From Haliotis rufescens (lineage: Eukaryota): a stretch of DNA of 64,000 nucleotides. The stretch lies in the NCBI RefSeq assembly GCF_023055435.1, contig NW_025964223.1:44020001-44084000 (forward strand), in the 5' to 3' direction. How positions within the stretch are numbered: the stretch's first letter is position 1; each line of letters starts with the position of its first letter. Below, in pieces: positions 39,303-52,659 of this stretch. The notes under the pieces were generated by a model. It made no database searches. It was not told the DNA's origin and worked only from the letters and a program-made list of their open reading frames with translations. The position numbers were made by a program, and so were the translations under genes.

Positions 39303-40932
39303 GGACATTCAAAAGCTGAAATGCCCTGATATGTGTTTTTCGTGCTACAAGATCCATGAAGATGGAGCAGGCTGTTCCCATGAACAGTTGGTAACATTTG
39401 AAAACACATTATTAAATCAATCAAGTTGGTTACCCTTATAATGTAGAAATATTATGTTGGTTTACAAATGACACTATTAGCAATGTACTACAATCCCTGA
39501 AGGTTAGTGCATCTGAAAATGCGTAATGTCATGTGACTTACTTAGAAAAGGGGGTTCATATGCCATGGTACAACTCGCTGTAAAGAGTTGTGTCCCCTTA
39601 CTAGATGCCAGTATCTCATGGTTGTGGGTTTAGAAATTCAAATTCGTCTATTTATGACCTTTCATTTGTTCACAACATACCCATTACTGTGGGTTTCACC
39701 TAAGCCATAAATGTCTACCCTGCACATTAAACTGACACTGAGCTACCATTCCAAAAGATTGTGAACCCAACACATTGGCTGACTTTGAAAAGTTAGATTA
39801 CATTAGTGTACCCCAATGGATATATTTTGAATGGTTACCTCCCATTTGTCAGCTTGAAAGTTCGACAAGTCATTGTGATAGCCCACTGAGTCCTTAGAAT
39901 GAAGGTAGACACATAGCTGCTTTGTAGAAAAAAGAACTTCCTGGTTGAATTACATAAAGCAAATGTTCTCATATATGAACTTAAGCTTGATAATCTGTTT
40001 AAGTTTGAAATATATGGTCACCATGACAAAAGTCACCTTCCAAATTCCATGTATGTAGGATGTGTCTGGAAAGAAACTGGCCACACAGTTGTGAATATGC
40101 CAGAAGGGGAAAATCATTGACAGATATGAGATCATGTGTAGGCCAAACATCAAACATTATGTAATGCAAAATTATTCAGTTCTGTAAAAAGAAAACATCC
40201 CAGAATAATTGAAAGCAAATAACACTGTCTAGATAATTCATAAATATATTCACAGCATACTCTACAATAGATACAGAAGACTATCCTGACAAACTCAATT
40301 GCCATTTACATCACAATGAATTTAAATTGAATTAAAAATGTTACACTTAACTTTCAATTCTAAGTTATAGGCAAGTAAAGTAAAGCAGTATTTGCAGCAA
40401 AGGGATACATCTACACTAGAAATAAGCTTACATTGTGATTGCCATGTGATAATGTTGTGATGGCCTACAATAGATGTATGACTGAGCCAGGTGATACATA
40501 TGGGATAGATAGGTTGAGCTCCTGCCACATGGTAATTATCCTCGATATGCTTGACAGGAGACAATAATCAGGTGTGAACACCAGGAACATTATAGATGCA
40601 GCCTGTTGCATTCTGTTGATGATATATGTGTCTGCAGCTGGAGCCAGGACATATGAATAGATCTTGATTCAAACAGTGTATAAGGCAACACAATATTGTT
40701 ACAGGAGTGAGACACTTATAATGGGGACTTCTAAGTGTAACTTATTAGATAAGTAATGTAATTTGTCAAAGAAATCTAGCAGAAATTCAGCATCACAGTA
40801 CTATATTTTCTTGTGAATAATTATGTGCACTTGAGTATAACGCATACCATGGGTAAAAGTGTTGGGGAAATTGCTTTTTGATATATTGTGTGCAGTCAAA
40901 ATGTACATTGTGTTGCTTCAGTTGAACAAACA

Positions 40933-41017
40933 GGGCCTTGTTTCACGGAGTGATCTTATGTTTAAGCATTGGATTTCAATTATCTTAGCGCTAAGTTCAC
41001 TTTGTGGGATGGGGCCC
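40933..41017. mobile_element. Tiny palindromic MITE-like element
   Basis: gggccttgtttcacggagtgatctta ... taagttcactttgtgggatggggccc form imperfect inverted ends. Confidence 0.4.
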
Positions 41018-44000
41018 TCGAGACATAATAAACTTGGTCAACCAAAATGTGAATTTTATGATAAAGTAATATTTTGTGAGGAATGTCTTTATCAAAGAGA
41101 GTTGATCCTGCATAAGTGTTTTTGTTTATTTTATCAAGGAGCTTTTGATTTATAGCTAAAAAAAGCTTGCTTTATTTTCAAGCAGTCTGATTGTACATAC
41201 CAATACTTGTGATAAGTAAAACTTGTCTATACCAAAGGATCACCCCCAAATAGTTAAATGTACACCAGCGTAATTCCAACCATATACAACACACCACAGC
41301 TTTATCAATCTGCATAGAAAATACCGACAGTTTGGGATCAATTGAAATGTAGCTATCTGCCAAAATTAGACCAATATTTCTTTTTTTAATTAAAGTCTGG
41401 GATTTCAGACAAGAAATGGTCCCTAACAACCTATGCTTGTTATATCTTAAATGGATCAAAGGGTCAAGCCCGATGACTTGTTTCATTGACCATCATAATG
41501 CCCAACATTGTTGGATAGGACTCATTATTAGTGCAGACTTATATGGTCCAGAATTGATCATTTACAAGCTGCAGTCATAAATCAAGAATATTGCTGAGTG
41601 ATTCCTTAAACATAAACATAAAAATGAACTGAGTTGAGACAAATGTAGCCAATGTATTGTTTCACTACAGTTGATAATCTAATGCCGCACCTAAACAAAT
41701 GTGTATATCGTGAGATGTAATGGATCTAGAGAGTCATCAATGTTTCTGTATGTATGCTATTTTTGCCTGGCTTGCAATGCTTATCAACAGAAACTATATT
41801 CACTATGCATAATTAAATTATGTTTTATCATAATATACTTCTATTCCAGTGAATTCTTTTTCTAAAAAATCCATATTGGTTTGAACACTTTTGTGTATCT
41901 ATGTAACATATGGTTAATCAAATGATTTACTAGAGCAACACTAACCACTGTCTATGTAGAGTGCCATATGGGTATCTGGTTTGTGGCTGCTAGGTTTAGC
42001 TCAACAGAGTTCTCTAGCAGTGTATTTAGTCTTCAGTTACTGCAAAATAGTCCCTTAACTTTACAAAACAACATAATTGTAATTTCTGGTGAATTCATAA
42101 AATGTGATTGACATTTCATAGTCACAAGTAATGATACATTTCATTCAAGAGCTGACTTACAATATCACTGTCATACAAATATAAATGACCTCACCATCAG
42201 AGGTTAATGTAAATTTAGTGATAATTTTACACCTGTATCAATGATGTGTTGTACTCAGTATTGGTTAGCTACCGTATTTTCTTGCGTATAGTGCGCACTT
42301 TTTTTAAAAAAAAACACAGCTGTGTAGAAGGGGGTGCGCATTATATATGAAATAATGAGTTTTGATGTTTTTTCCCCATTGATAGATTTTACCGTGAGCA
42401 CGTAACACCGGAAATACCATGTCAACAAATCCATACTGAAGTACGCAAAATCATCATGTAATTTCACTGACTACAAAAAGTGTTCTTTGTATATCTTGAC
42501 TTATGTATATAACTTATTTCATTAATTTTATTCAAAATTCCTTTTAATATTGTTTTAATAAATTTCGGCGAAATCGTGTGATCGGAAGATCGCACAACTC
42601 ATCGTTATTAACAGCAACCACGGTCAGATTACCGCTATTGACGCCTTGAAACAAACATTAGTTGACAGAGAATGGATACATCAACCAGTCCGAGTCCTTA
42701 TCAGATTAGCCACCATAAGGAGTCCTTGCAACTACATTGTAGCTTATATTTATTTCATAGTACTGTTTCCCAAAAAACTCTTGCCAAAGACTAGCCTTTA
42801 TTTAGTGTAAAAAGAGTGTATATATTCGTAACTTAGACAGCCTTCCTTCATTGCTTGGTACTGATCTGTTCACTAAAAATATTACAAATGTGGAATAACA
42901 TTAAGTGTTGTTTTAACTAATGTTGACAACGTCAATCTATACAAAAGTAAACTACAAAATAATGCTGCAACAGGTATTTCCCTAAAACACTGTTTATTAA
43001 TCTAAACTGTATGGACAATTCTCTTAAGAAATTGATTAAAAAAAGACATTGTTTTAAAAATCAATCTGACCCTATAGTTGTGGAATACAATTCTGTAAAG
43101 CAAGCAACACAACAAGAAGGCTATATCATAGTGTTGCATTGTTCTGTGAGCAGTCTGCTGGAAAGCTGAACATTACAGGGCTATACAATCATCACGCTAT
43201 CGCATGCATCATTGCAAATAGCCTAAATCAACTCTTTCCTCACCTTGTATAGACGGATAGGGAAAAAGAACATTAAATACGTGTTGTCATAACTGTTTTT
43301 ATCATGAAATCTGAAATGTTATCAGTTGGTATTGACTGCCAGTTGACTGATTGCGTAATGGATGCTACACAAGTTTTTAATTTCAAACACATTTCCTCAT
43401 TTTAACAGCTCTGTAATGTTGATGTTATATTTATATGACCACAGAATTGTATTCGAGTACTGAGGATTGCATGTTATCATATGCAGTACAAATGTTTGAT
43501 TCATGTAAAGACAGTGAGTATTTCATAACCAATGGAGAAATGTCACTGTTTAAGTTAGGAAACAGGACTGCGCCGGATCAGAGACCATATAATAGATATT
43601 ATATGGTCTCTGGCCGGATTGAACATCCCAAAGAATAGATATGAAACTCAATCCAGGTGATTGAACAGGATTTTTATTATACCAGGGGACATTTATCTTG
43701 ACATTTTTTTCACGCTTATAATTTTGTCAAATAAATAACTTATTTCAATCTACCAGCCTTGCAATGAGGAGTTGTCTCCCTTCTGGAGAAATTCTGAAAT
43801 TGTGTACCGATATTATGTTTAGTCACCTCCCTGACATCAATGTTTTGTGTGTGTCAGTATCAGTTTTATCATTGTTTGCTGTTTCTCTTGGAGCGTAAAA
43901 TAAATACATTGAATAATTGCATGTTGTACTGTTAAAAACAATCTTTATTGTGTAAATAAAATAGCATCAATGCAAACATTAACACATTTAATGTGATAGA

Positions 44001-45356
44001 ATTCTGAGATGCAATGATTGGATCCGATACAATGGACTATTTTTTTATGATCCTTATGTACATAAAATATTGAGTATTTGTTATTGATTAGCTTTGATAT
44101 TTCGAAAACATGCAACCGAAAGTGCTTTTATCACTCACATCCTGAACTACCATCATTCTATTTGATAATCAGGTTTTGATAATAAAGTCTCCTTTGACTA
44201 GAAAGTGTTGTGTCGTTCCTTTGTTAAAGATGTGTTGTTTCACAACTGCAGGTAACAGACATTCAATCTGACATGCCATAGTTACCATAATGCAAATTAC
44301 AATACAAAAAATATTTAACCATTCAAATCTTTTGCATTAAGCCTTAAATGTCTGACCTCCGATGTTGTGAACACTCTTCATTTTGCTAAAAGTTTAAATA
44401 CTAAAAAACAAATTTCTGTAAACAAACACAAATTCATAACTTTTGCTTAAAGTCAGTTTTCGTTGAAAAGAAATCAAGTAATTATTAAATATATATTATA
44501 TAAAATCTAATGTTAAGGTTACCAGTACACATGCAGACGACATGAACAAAACAAATAATAAAACAATGGTATTTGAAAAACTTAGGAAGCCCTCACCAAT
44601 CCAATATCTGACATTATGAATGTCTAGGTTTTATCTTGTCTTACAAAAGCCGGGTCCAGGCCTCGGGAACCCCAATAATTTTAAGGGTCCTTGCAGGCAA
44701 TATGCGTTGGGTCCTGTAAAGTAATGAAATGGTGTCGTGTACTGTATGTTTTGATAATTTTGTTAAGAGCCTGGAATAAATCAGTGATCAAGTGGACAGT
44801 TGTCATGTTTGAAGGATGGAATGACAAACACCCACATCTGCATTTGATGTGCTATAGGTACAATGAATATATTTTTGTGCGTCCATCGGGATGCAGTATA
44901 AAATTTCTTGCGTCTTGTCTCTTACAAACCTGTGTCAGTAACTGTGCTGACTCTACTTTCACACATCCATTCAAATCCTTATTAAGTTCCTTTTATTCAG
45001 AAAAAGGGAGGAGAGATTAATCACTGTGGTCGTTCATGCATGAACTGATCTGTATCAGCAATAACCATAATAGAATAGGGCTCAGATATCCATCTTGGCT
45101 GACACACTGCTGGATATAACTGCCCCAGGTGCATTCTACTTGCAGCGTTGAAGTATGTACACCTACAAAACTGTCATATTCTAAATTTGGAGATGAAGGC
45201 TATATGCGACCATTTTAATGGGACAGGTGCCCTTAATGGATATTGCTCACCTTTTTGCAAACATCTGCTATAATCACTATTGCATAGAGACTCATAAACA
45301 CATGCACATGGTATAGTCAGAATGCTTTCCAGGACAATTCTTCTTATGTTCACAAA

Positions 45357-45490
45357 GGGTGTTGGTGTAGCCTAGTGGTTAATGTGTTCGCTCTCATGCC
45401 AAAGGCCTGGGTTCAATTCCCCACATGGGTACAATGTTTGAAGCCTGCAATGATATTGCTGGAATATTACAAAAAGTGACATAAGTTATA
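45357..45490 (+). mobile_element. SINE family B, diverged, followed by (TTGA)n
   Basis: tagcctagtggtt...ggttcaattccccacatgggtacaatg. Confidence 0.65.
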
Positions 45491-45497
45491 TTTCCAG

Positions 45498-45529
<32 letters not shown>

Positions 45530-46304
45530 TATTGATTCGGCAGTGGAGTTAAAACTGCAGCTGGCTTCTTGAATAATTGATAGTGATGTAGAAATGGAAT
45601 TTATATATAATATTGTTTTTTGAGGGTCTATATTCCTACGCTATTATTATGCTTAATTTGTTTCTTTTCTTGCTTCTTTTCAATAGAGGTGGCAGGCCCA
45701 TGAAATGAAAAATAAATAATGTGTAGCCTTATAGTCTTTCTAGGATGCATTTGCAAAAACTCAGTGAGCTGAAATGGTTTGTTCCAGTTTCAAAGTGATG
45801 AAGAAATGCCACACAATATTGATCCAGTACAACTGATTCACTTCAGTTCAGTCTCAATTTCCAAAGATATACTGCATCAATTTAATACATGTACATGAAT
45901 CCTGAGGAAATTGAGGGTAACATTGGTCCCAATGCCACTTGCATGACGTTGAGGGTGAATAATAAATGGATTGGATGGTTACAATGGCTGCTTACCATGA
46001 ACATTTCATAGAGTGGTGACCACCTGGAAATATCAACCTACTACCCTGACGTGTAGGATAACTGCCTGATTAGGTTGCACCAATAACAATTAATAGCCAG
46101 GATATCCACTACATGATTCATATTGAACACTGTTATGTAATCTGGTTGACTCATTTAGACAGGGTAATAATTTTACTGATTATGACAAGCTTTGTTGTTT
46201 AATGTTGCACTCAGCATATGATGGAAACCTCTAAATCATTGAATCAGGACAAAACAATCCACTTGTTGATATTATTAGCAATGATCCATGCCGTTCAGGT
46301 TCTG

Positions 46305-46555
46305 GTTTGTTGTTTAGTGCCGCACTCAGCAATATTCTAGCTATATGATGGCAGTCTGTAAATAATCGAGTCTGGACCAGACAATCCAGTGATTGATATT
46401 ATGAGCAACAATCCGCACAAATGGGACATGATGACATGCATCAACCAAGTCAGCCTGACCACAAGAACCCGTTAGTCGCCTCTTACGACAAGCATATTCA
46501 CCTTTATAAGCAAGAATGGGTTGCTGAAGACCTATTCTACCCTGGAACTTCACAA
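46305..46555 (-). mobile_element. SINE family A
   Basis: Reverse complement of family A. Confidence 0.75.
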
Positions 46556-46624
46556 GTCAAGACGTGAAATGATAAAACACACTCAGTCACTCATTGACTC
46601 ACACACTCACTCTGCTGGTCATAA

Positions 46625-46775
46625 NNNNNNNNNNNNNNNNNNNNNNNNNNNNNNNNNNNNNNNNNNNNNNNNNNNNNNNNNNNNNNNNNNNNNNNNNNNN
46701 NNNNNNNNNNNNNNNNNNNNNNNNNNNNNNNNNNNNNNNNNNNNNNNNNNNNNNNNNNNNNNNNNNNNNNNNNNN
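46625..46775. other. Assembly gap (151 N)
   Basis: Run of N, flanked by SINE family B-like sequence. Confidence 1.
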
Positions 46776-47904
46776 TTAATGTCATTGCACAGTCACTAGA
46801 AAAGGGCTTCACAAATTGCATCCATGATGGGAATCAAACTCAGGCCTTCGGCAGGATGAGCAAAAACACTTTAACCACACACCCCAAAGCTCCATGACCA
46901 ACATAGGATGCTGGGACCTAGTCTTACCCAGAATCCCTATGAGTAGACAAAAAGCCATTTCCTCACTTTCTTCTGATGGATAAACGGTTGATATATTTAT
47001 GCAATATGTTGTATTTTGGGCACTGGAAGAAACATAAATGCATTATGTCTAAATAACTATTGTCATAATCGGAAAAAAATATCTGTAATTGATCACATTT
47101 TAATATGTATCCTCTAAACATTCATAAGCAATCAATCTCCAAGACATGCATATCACATTAATCATGTCGGAGCAATCTCGGTAGACACTGAGCAGTTTAA
47201 TGCATTTGACAAGTGGAAATGAGCTTGCAGCTTCCTTAAAAAACAAATTCTATTTACAAAAACTGTTATTGTAAAGTAATGTATACCATTAAGCAGTACA
47301 CAATTTCTCTGTTATACTGATGGAACTCCTTGATCTAGACTTAACACTGGTATTGATTCATTGATTCATTGATTTTGGACCAATCACCTACATGAATCAG
47401 ATTAACAGCAGATTTCAAGATCAGCAGGTATCGGACACATTCTTATTGTTGTAGGGCAACAAACACAACAGACAAAGGTGCGTCTACACATAATACACTG
47501 TTGTGTGTCTGAATAGGTCATTCCTGGGCTTATTGATCGAACAATCTTGTGACTTGGTGAGTGAGTCATTAGAGTTTTAAACTGCTTTGAACAGTATTCC
47601 AGTTTTATCACTGCATGTCATCTTAATGTGGCGGTAAAGATCAAAGTGATGGAGGTCTGAGATGTTTACCTGCTGGATGAAACCCAGGGGCATGGTTAAT
47701 TATGAAGTCTGCTCCACTGCCCGGTGACCACTAGGTCTGAACATTAATAATAAATGTGAAACTGAGACATTGATTCTGAGTAAGCAGAGTAACTATTAGC
47801 TCATAGATTGATAAGTAAATTAACATTTGAGTTGATAGACATACACAGAGGTGTTTGAACAACTTGAATAACTAGCACTTAAAATACTGGATATTACACT
47901 ATTC

Positions 47905-48231
47905 CATACCTGTCAACTCTCACGCATCTCACGTGAGTCTCACCCATTTATCACCTATATCACGCTCACACGCAAGGTTGGGAAATTCTCACTCATTTAT
48001 ATAAAATGTAGATAAAAATATTTTGAAACACTTTTCTCTTTGTTGTTATTTCAGAATACATGCTCTCTAAGGCCATTAAAATTGTCTTAAAATCATTTAA
48101 AACCAGTTTTCGCTGGGGATGCTTAGCTCCCCTGTGCCCCCCACCAGGGCTTAGCCCTGGACCCAGCGGGGCTTGCAACCCCTGCACCCTGGCTTCTCAC
48201 TCATTTAGACATCCAGGGGTTGACAGCTACG
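47905..48231. mobile_element. Non-autonomous hAT-related MITE with 6-bp TSD
   Basis: Ends catacctgtcaac / gttgacagctacg resemble the TIR of 27960-31098; TSD ctattc at 47899-47904 and 48232-48237. Confidence 0.75.
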
Positions 48232-49295
48232 CTATTCAAACTTTTTCTTTGGATAGAATGTTTTACAGCACCAAATAACAAAAGCCTATTGACATATTAC
48301 CAAATTAATTCCTTTCTAATCTTCAAAAATGGGGTAGCACATGTATTGGACTTCAGTTTTTGAACATATTTTATTCATTTGAAAAGGATAGGGCACAAGC
48401 TATCACTACTCTGATTGACCTGTTCCAAACAAAGAGTTAATTTGAGCCCCTTAAATAAGCGACCCCGTCCTGCGAGTCATGGGTTTGAGTCCTAGATTTC
48501 CCACAATAATGATCCTCTTAAGGCTGGACCATACCCAGGATCATGGGTTTCACCAAAGTGATAAATGCCTATAACTTTCCGAAATTTTCTACCCATATTC
48601 AGCTGACACAACTGAAATACTATTCAAAGCAGAATTAAGTGTAACTCACAAACTCACTCCAGGGGCATGTTAACAGTACTTAACTGAAGTAATCTATGCC
48701 AATCAACACAGCGGTAACATAGCCCTCATGTAATTATGATCGCAACTAAAATATTACACTCAAATCAGAAAATCCAGCAAGCAGAACATTACAATAATGG
48801 CAGGCTGATTTGAGCTGATACAGAGCCCGACAAAGGATGTTTACAGCCAAGTCGGTGCTGTATATCACTACTGTCAGGTCAGGGTGTAGAGGAACAAATC
48901 CATTTAACTGGATCCCAGCTATATTTACTACAAGATATAAATGATTCAACTCAAAAGAAAGTCACATCCACTAATTCTGTACAATAACACCACAGTTCCT
49001 GAGGGTCTGTTATTAAAAATTAATCTCAGGTATGTTGCTATAAGCACAGATCAAACAGTCCAGATTCTCAGACATAAACACATGTAGGTATACTAACGGC
49101 ATGTTTCATACACATGGTATAGGTGATTAGCAGGTGCGATTCCTCAACTGACTGATGCTTGTTTGAATCTCTTGTGGAGAAACATGGAAGCTGTTTGACC
49201 TATACAGAGATGAATTATTGATCCTAGTGGTTGAAAATTCCAGTCAGAGGCATAGGAAGACACCACACACACAGGTACAATGTCATCAAGTTGAT

Positions 49296-49403
49296 ACAGG
49301 TAGGACCTCGTCAGGATTAAACAGGTAGGATCTCGTCAGGATTACACAGGTAGGATCTCATCAGGATTACACAGGTAGGATCTCGTCAGGATTACACAGG
49401 TAG
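49296..49403 (+). repeat. 25-bp minisatellite (~4 copies)
   Basis: Unit acaggtaggatctcgtcaggattac; degenerate related units at ~50175-50285. Confidence 0.9.
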
Positions 49404-49584
49404 GGTTTGAGGAAACCATATAAGTAAATGTTGGTTCATGGAAGATACTTCCACGAGCAGACAGTTATGGGATGTTCTCCAACTTAAAATACATCCCTAC
49501 TTCTAGAAATTGACAAAGCTTTCTGTTGTGGAAAATATTTGAAAAAAACAACCCACAGAACTCTTTCTAGTCCATATTTGTTTT

Positions 49585-49860
49585 GGTTTGTTCGTTTGTT
49601 TCATGTCGTTTAACGCTGCATTCAGCAATATTACAGCTATATGACAGCAATTTGTAAATAATCGAGTCTGGACCAGACAGTCGAGTGATTGATGTCATGA
49701 GCATTGGTCCACACAATTGGGATATGATGACATGCATCAACCAAGTCAGCGAGCCTGACCACCAGATCCTGTTAGTCACCTCTTACGACAAGGATAGTCA
49801 CCTTTTATGGCATGCATTGTTTGCTGAAGACCTATTTTACCCCGGATCTTCACGGGTCCA
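49585..49860 (-). mobile_element. SINE family A, near full length
   Basis: Includes the 5' end gacccgtgaagatccggggt on the minus strand. Confidence 0.8.
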
Positions 49861-52659
49861 GTGAAATAAGTTAGCATGAGGTAAATGGAATGTGTTCTCT
49901 GCTGCTTGTGTGCGACGTTCTGTCACATGTTGATCTTTACAACGCAGGCTACTAAGCTCTCTTGTGGAGATTGACCCATGTTTTAATACAAAATTTATGA
50001 TCATTCACTTGAGTGGCAAAATAAATAACAGTTCCATAAATTTCAAAGTGCATTAATTGGAATGTGGGTTCAAGATTTATGTAGGCATTAATAATTTACA
50101 ACCAACTCTCCATTCCAGACAGATAATGAAGCATTTAAACAATAGAGTCACATCACAGATAAATTTAATCAGTATTATACAGGTGATATCATTCCTCAAA
50201 AATACAGGTGGCATCTCATCAGGATCATACAGGAAGAATGGCATCAGGATTTACAGGTGGCATATTTTCAGGATTATACAAGTAGCCAAACACTTGGTGA
50301 GTAACATCTTTGAATTTTAAGATAAATGGAACACTCTCAACAACAATATATTGGAGGATTCAGAAAAAAATGTCTGGGAAATCATTCACCTTAGGTTACT
50401 AATCATAAATCTGATTATGCAAATTTATGGACCTCTGATATAAATCTGCTTTCAAAAGTAGGGTCGCCAACTAGTAATTAAGCAAGTTTTATGCAGTGTG
50501 TGTTTCCTTATATATAACAGATGAATCCTTTACAGCAAACATTAAATTTGTCATTGTCAAGAATGTCAATGCTGTTATCATCACTGATAACAGCTAAAGT
50601 AGCGTTTGTTAGCTTCCATGCTGTTTCCCTAGTTGCACTGGTTCTTGTCGGCTTCCTCATGCAGATAGAACTGTAACATCTAAACATGCAAAATGTATTT
50701 TTCATGAAACATGCAAATCAGTTTATAACTTACGTCACTTCTATGAGAACACTTCTCCAAAATCTCTAAAAAAATTCACACTTTTTGAGTGAAATTTGTT
50801 TAATCATATTTTATTCACATAAAATGACTGGATACGAGTTCTCACAAAATATGGTCCCTGTCATTGGTATTAAAAGTGTCACTGGAACTTTGTACAACTT
50901 ACAGAAGAAAAGGAATAAAAGACAGGAAAATAAGTATAGAGAGAAACCTTCTTAGACTGGACGGTATCATCTGCTGGGAAATTGTCTGGATTAACAAATT
51001 ACTAGACTCACAAATATTTTCTTGGTATTGAGTGAAGTCCTTTGTGTCTTATATAGACATCCTCAATAAGATAAGCTGGATACACAGCATTTGCATTGTC
51101 GACCACTTGGATATGGATTAATCAAGTTTCAATTCATATATTTTTCTCACGAACCTATTTTCATATTTATAACGTATGTTTGAAAATGAAAAATATTACA
51201 AATTAGAAATATTATTTTCCTGTTCAGAGCATTCCATATGCTACATCTTTTAGGATCATTCAGGTGCAATATTATTGATTCAAGATACTGGTTTTGCATG
51301 AAGAAATAAGCTAACAAGAATCGACTGTTTTAGGTACAGGTTATGGATTTGCTGTCTGAGAAAGCAGAATTTTTGTACAGCTGATTATGACAATGTTCTC
51401 CTCAAAAGACCGGTAAATTTATCCATGCTGACAATGATAAATATAGACATAGTATAGGAATGTAACTGCTGCATCAATCATAATTGAATACAAATATCAT
51501 AGACATCATGACCAAGGAGTGAACAGATTGAAATGTGGTAATGACTGACAACTTTATTCTTCAACTGACAGGTGTATGTAACACAGCGACATGAAATATA
51601 CATCAGCCAGTGTGGGACTTCTCATGTTGACATCGGCATACGCCCCCAGGCTATAGGGTGGCAACTGTTTTATCAATTATCTACACCAAATATCGCCACT
51701 CACAAAAAACTGATCATTTGTGTTTCTGTGGGAATAGGGGTTTTACTCCCTAAATTGATACAACAAACTCGGAACAAACAAGGGTTCATTGTGAACATAC
51801 GCCAACTGGATCATTATTTGCAAAAGGACTGGTCTTGTTATGCTTAAAAACCCTTGACTGAACATGATTTTCCGGATCTGTCAAACGTGAGTAATTGGTT
51901 TAGAATGCAACACAGACACGCCTAAGTTTTAAAAAGGCTTTGTCACAATTTCTTCTTGAGATTTAAAAAAAAAGTAAAACAATTGGTATATCTAAGAAAA
52001 AAGGTAAAAGCTGTACACAGTTATTTGTTAAGCCTACATGAAAACATTTACTTTTAGCTATGATACAATGGACAATTGTAGAAATCCTATAACATACAAA
52101 GTAAGCAAATGAGAAATGCATCAGAATGAACCAACTGTTGTAGTTGGCTGTGGAAGACATCATGTCATCTCACGGTTACATAAATCATATTCTAACTCAG
52201 TGCATGCTAAATTTCAAATTTTGACTCACTCATAAAATTCTTTTAAAATATTAACAAATCTCTATTGTTAAATTTCCTGCATGGATTGAGCCACACCACA
52301 CCCCAATTTGCAATAATTGGCTTTCCTTACACAGAGTTTTTTGTTTCCCAGACCCTTGTGATCGGTCAAGTGGATTAATGGCATCCCTCATCATCACATC
52401 ACGCCATTTTGCATAACACCCCACCCTAATCCAGCCTGCATCAACCTCCGGACAAGGTGGTACCTACGCAGTTGAGGTTCTCTGCATCCGAGGGGAGAAA
52501 CTGATTTGAAGACGTCAGTGACAGTTGACAGTGTTGCCTCATTATTGCTCATGAGGATTGCAGAGTTCAGTGACAAGGATATATAGTGCTTATATTACCA
52601 TCCGACATCACACTGAAGAAATACTTTCTGAAACAAGAAGATCTACACTTGATAGAAAA

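Noticed and set aside
46521-46821. ORFs containing poly-X
   Set aside because: Artefacts of the N gap.
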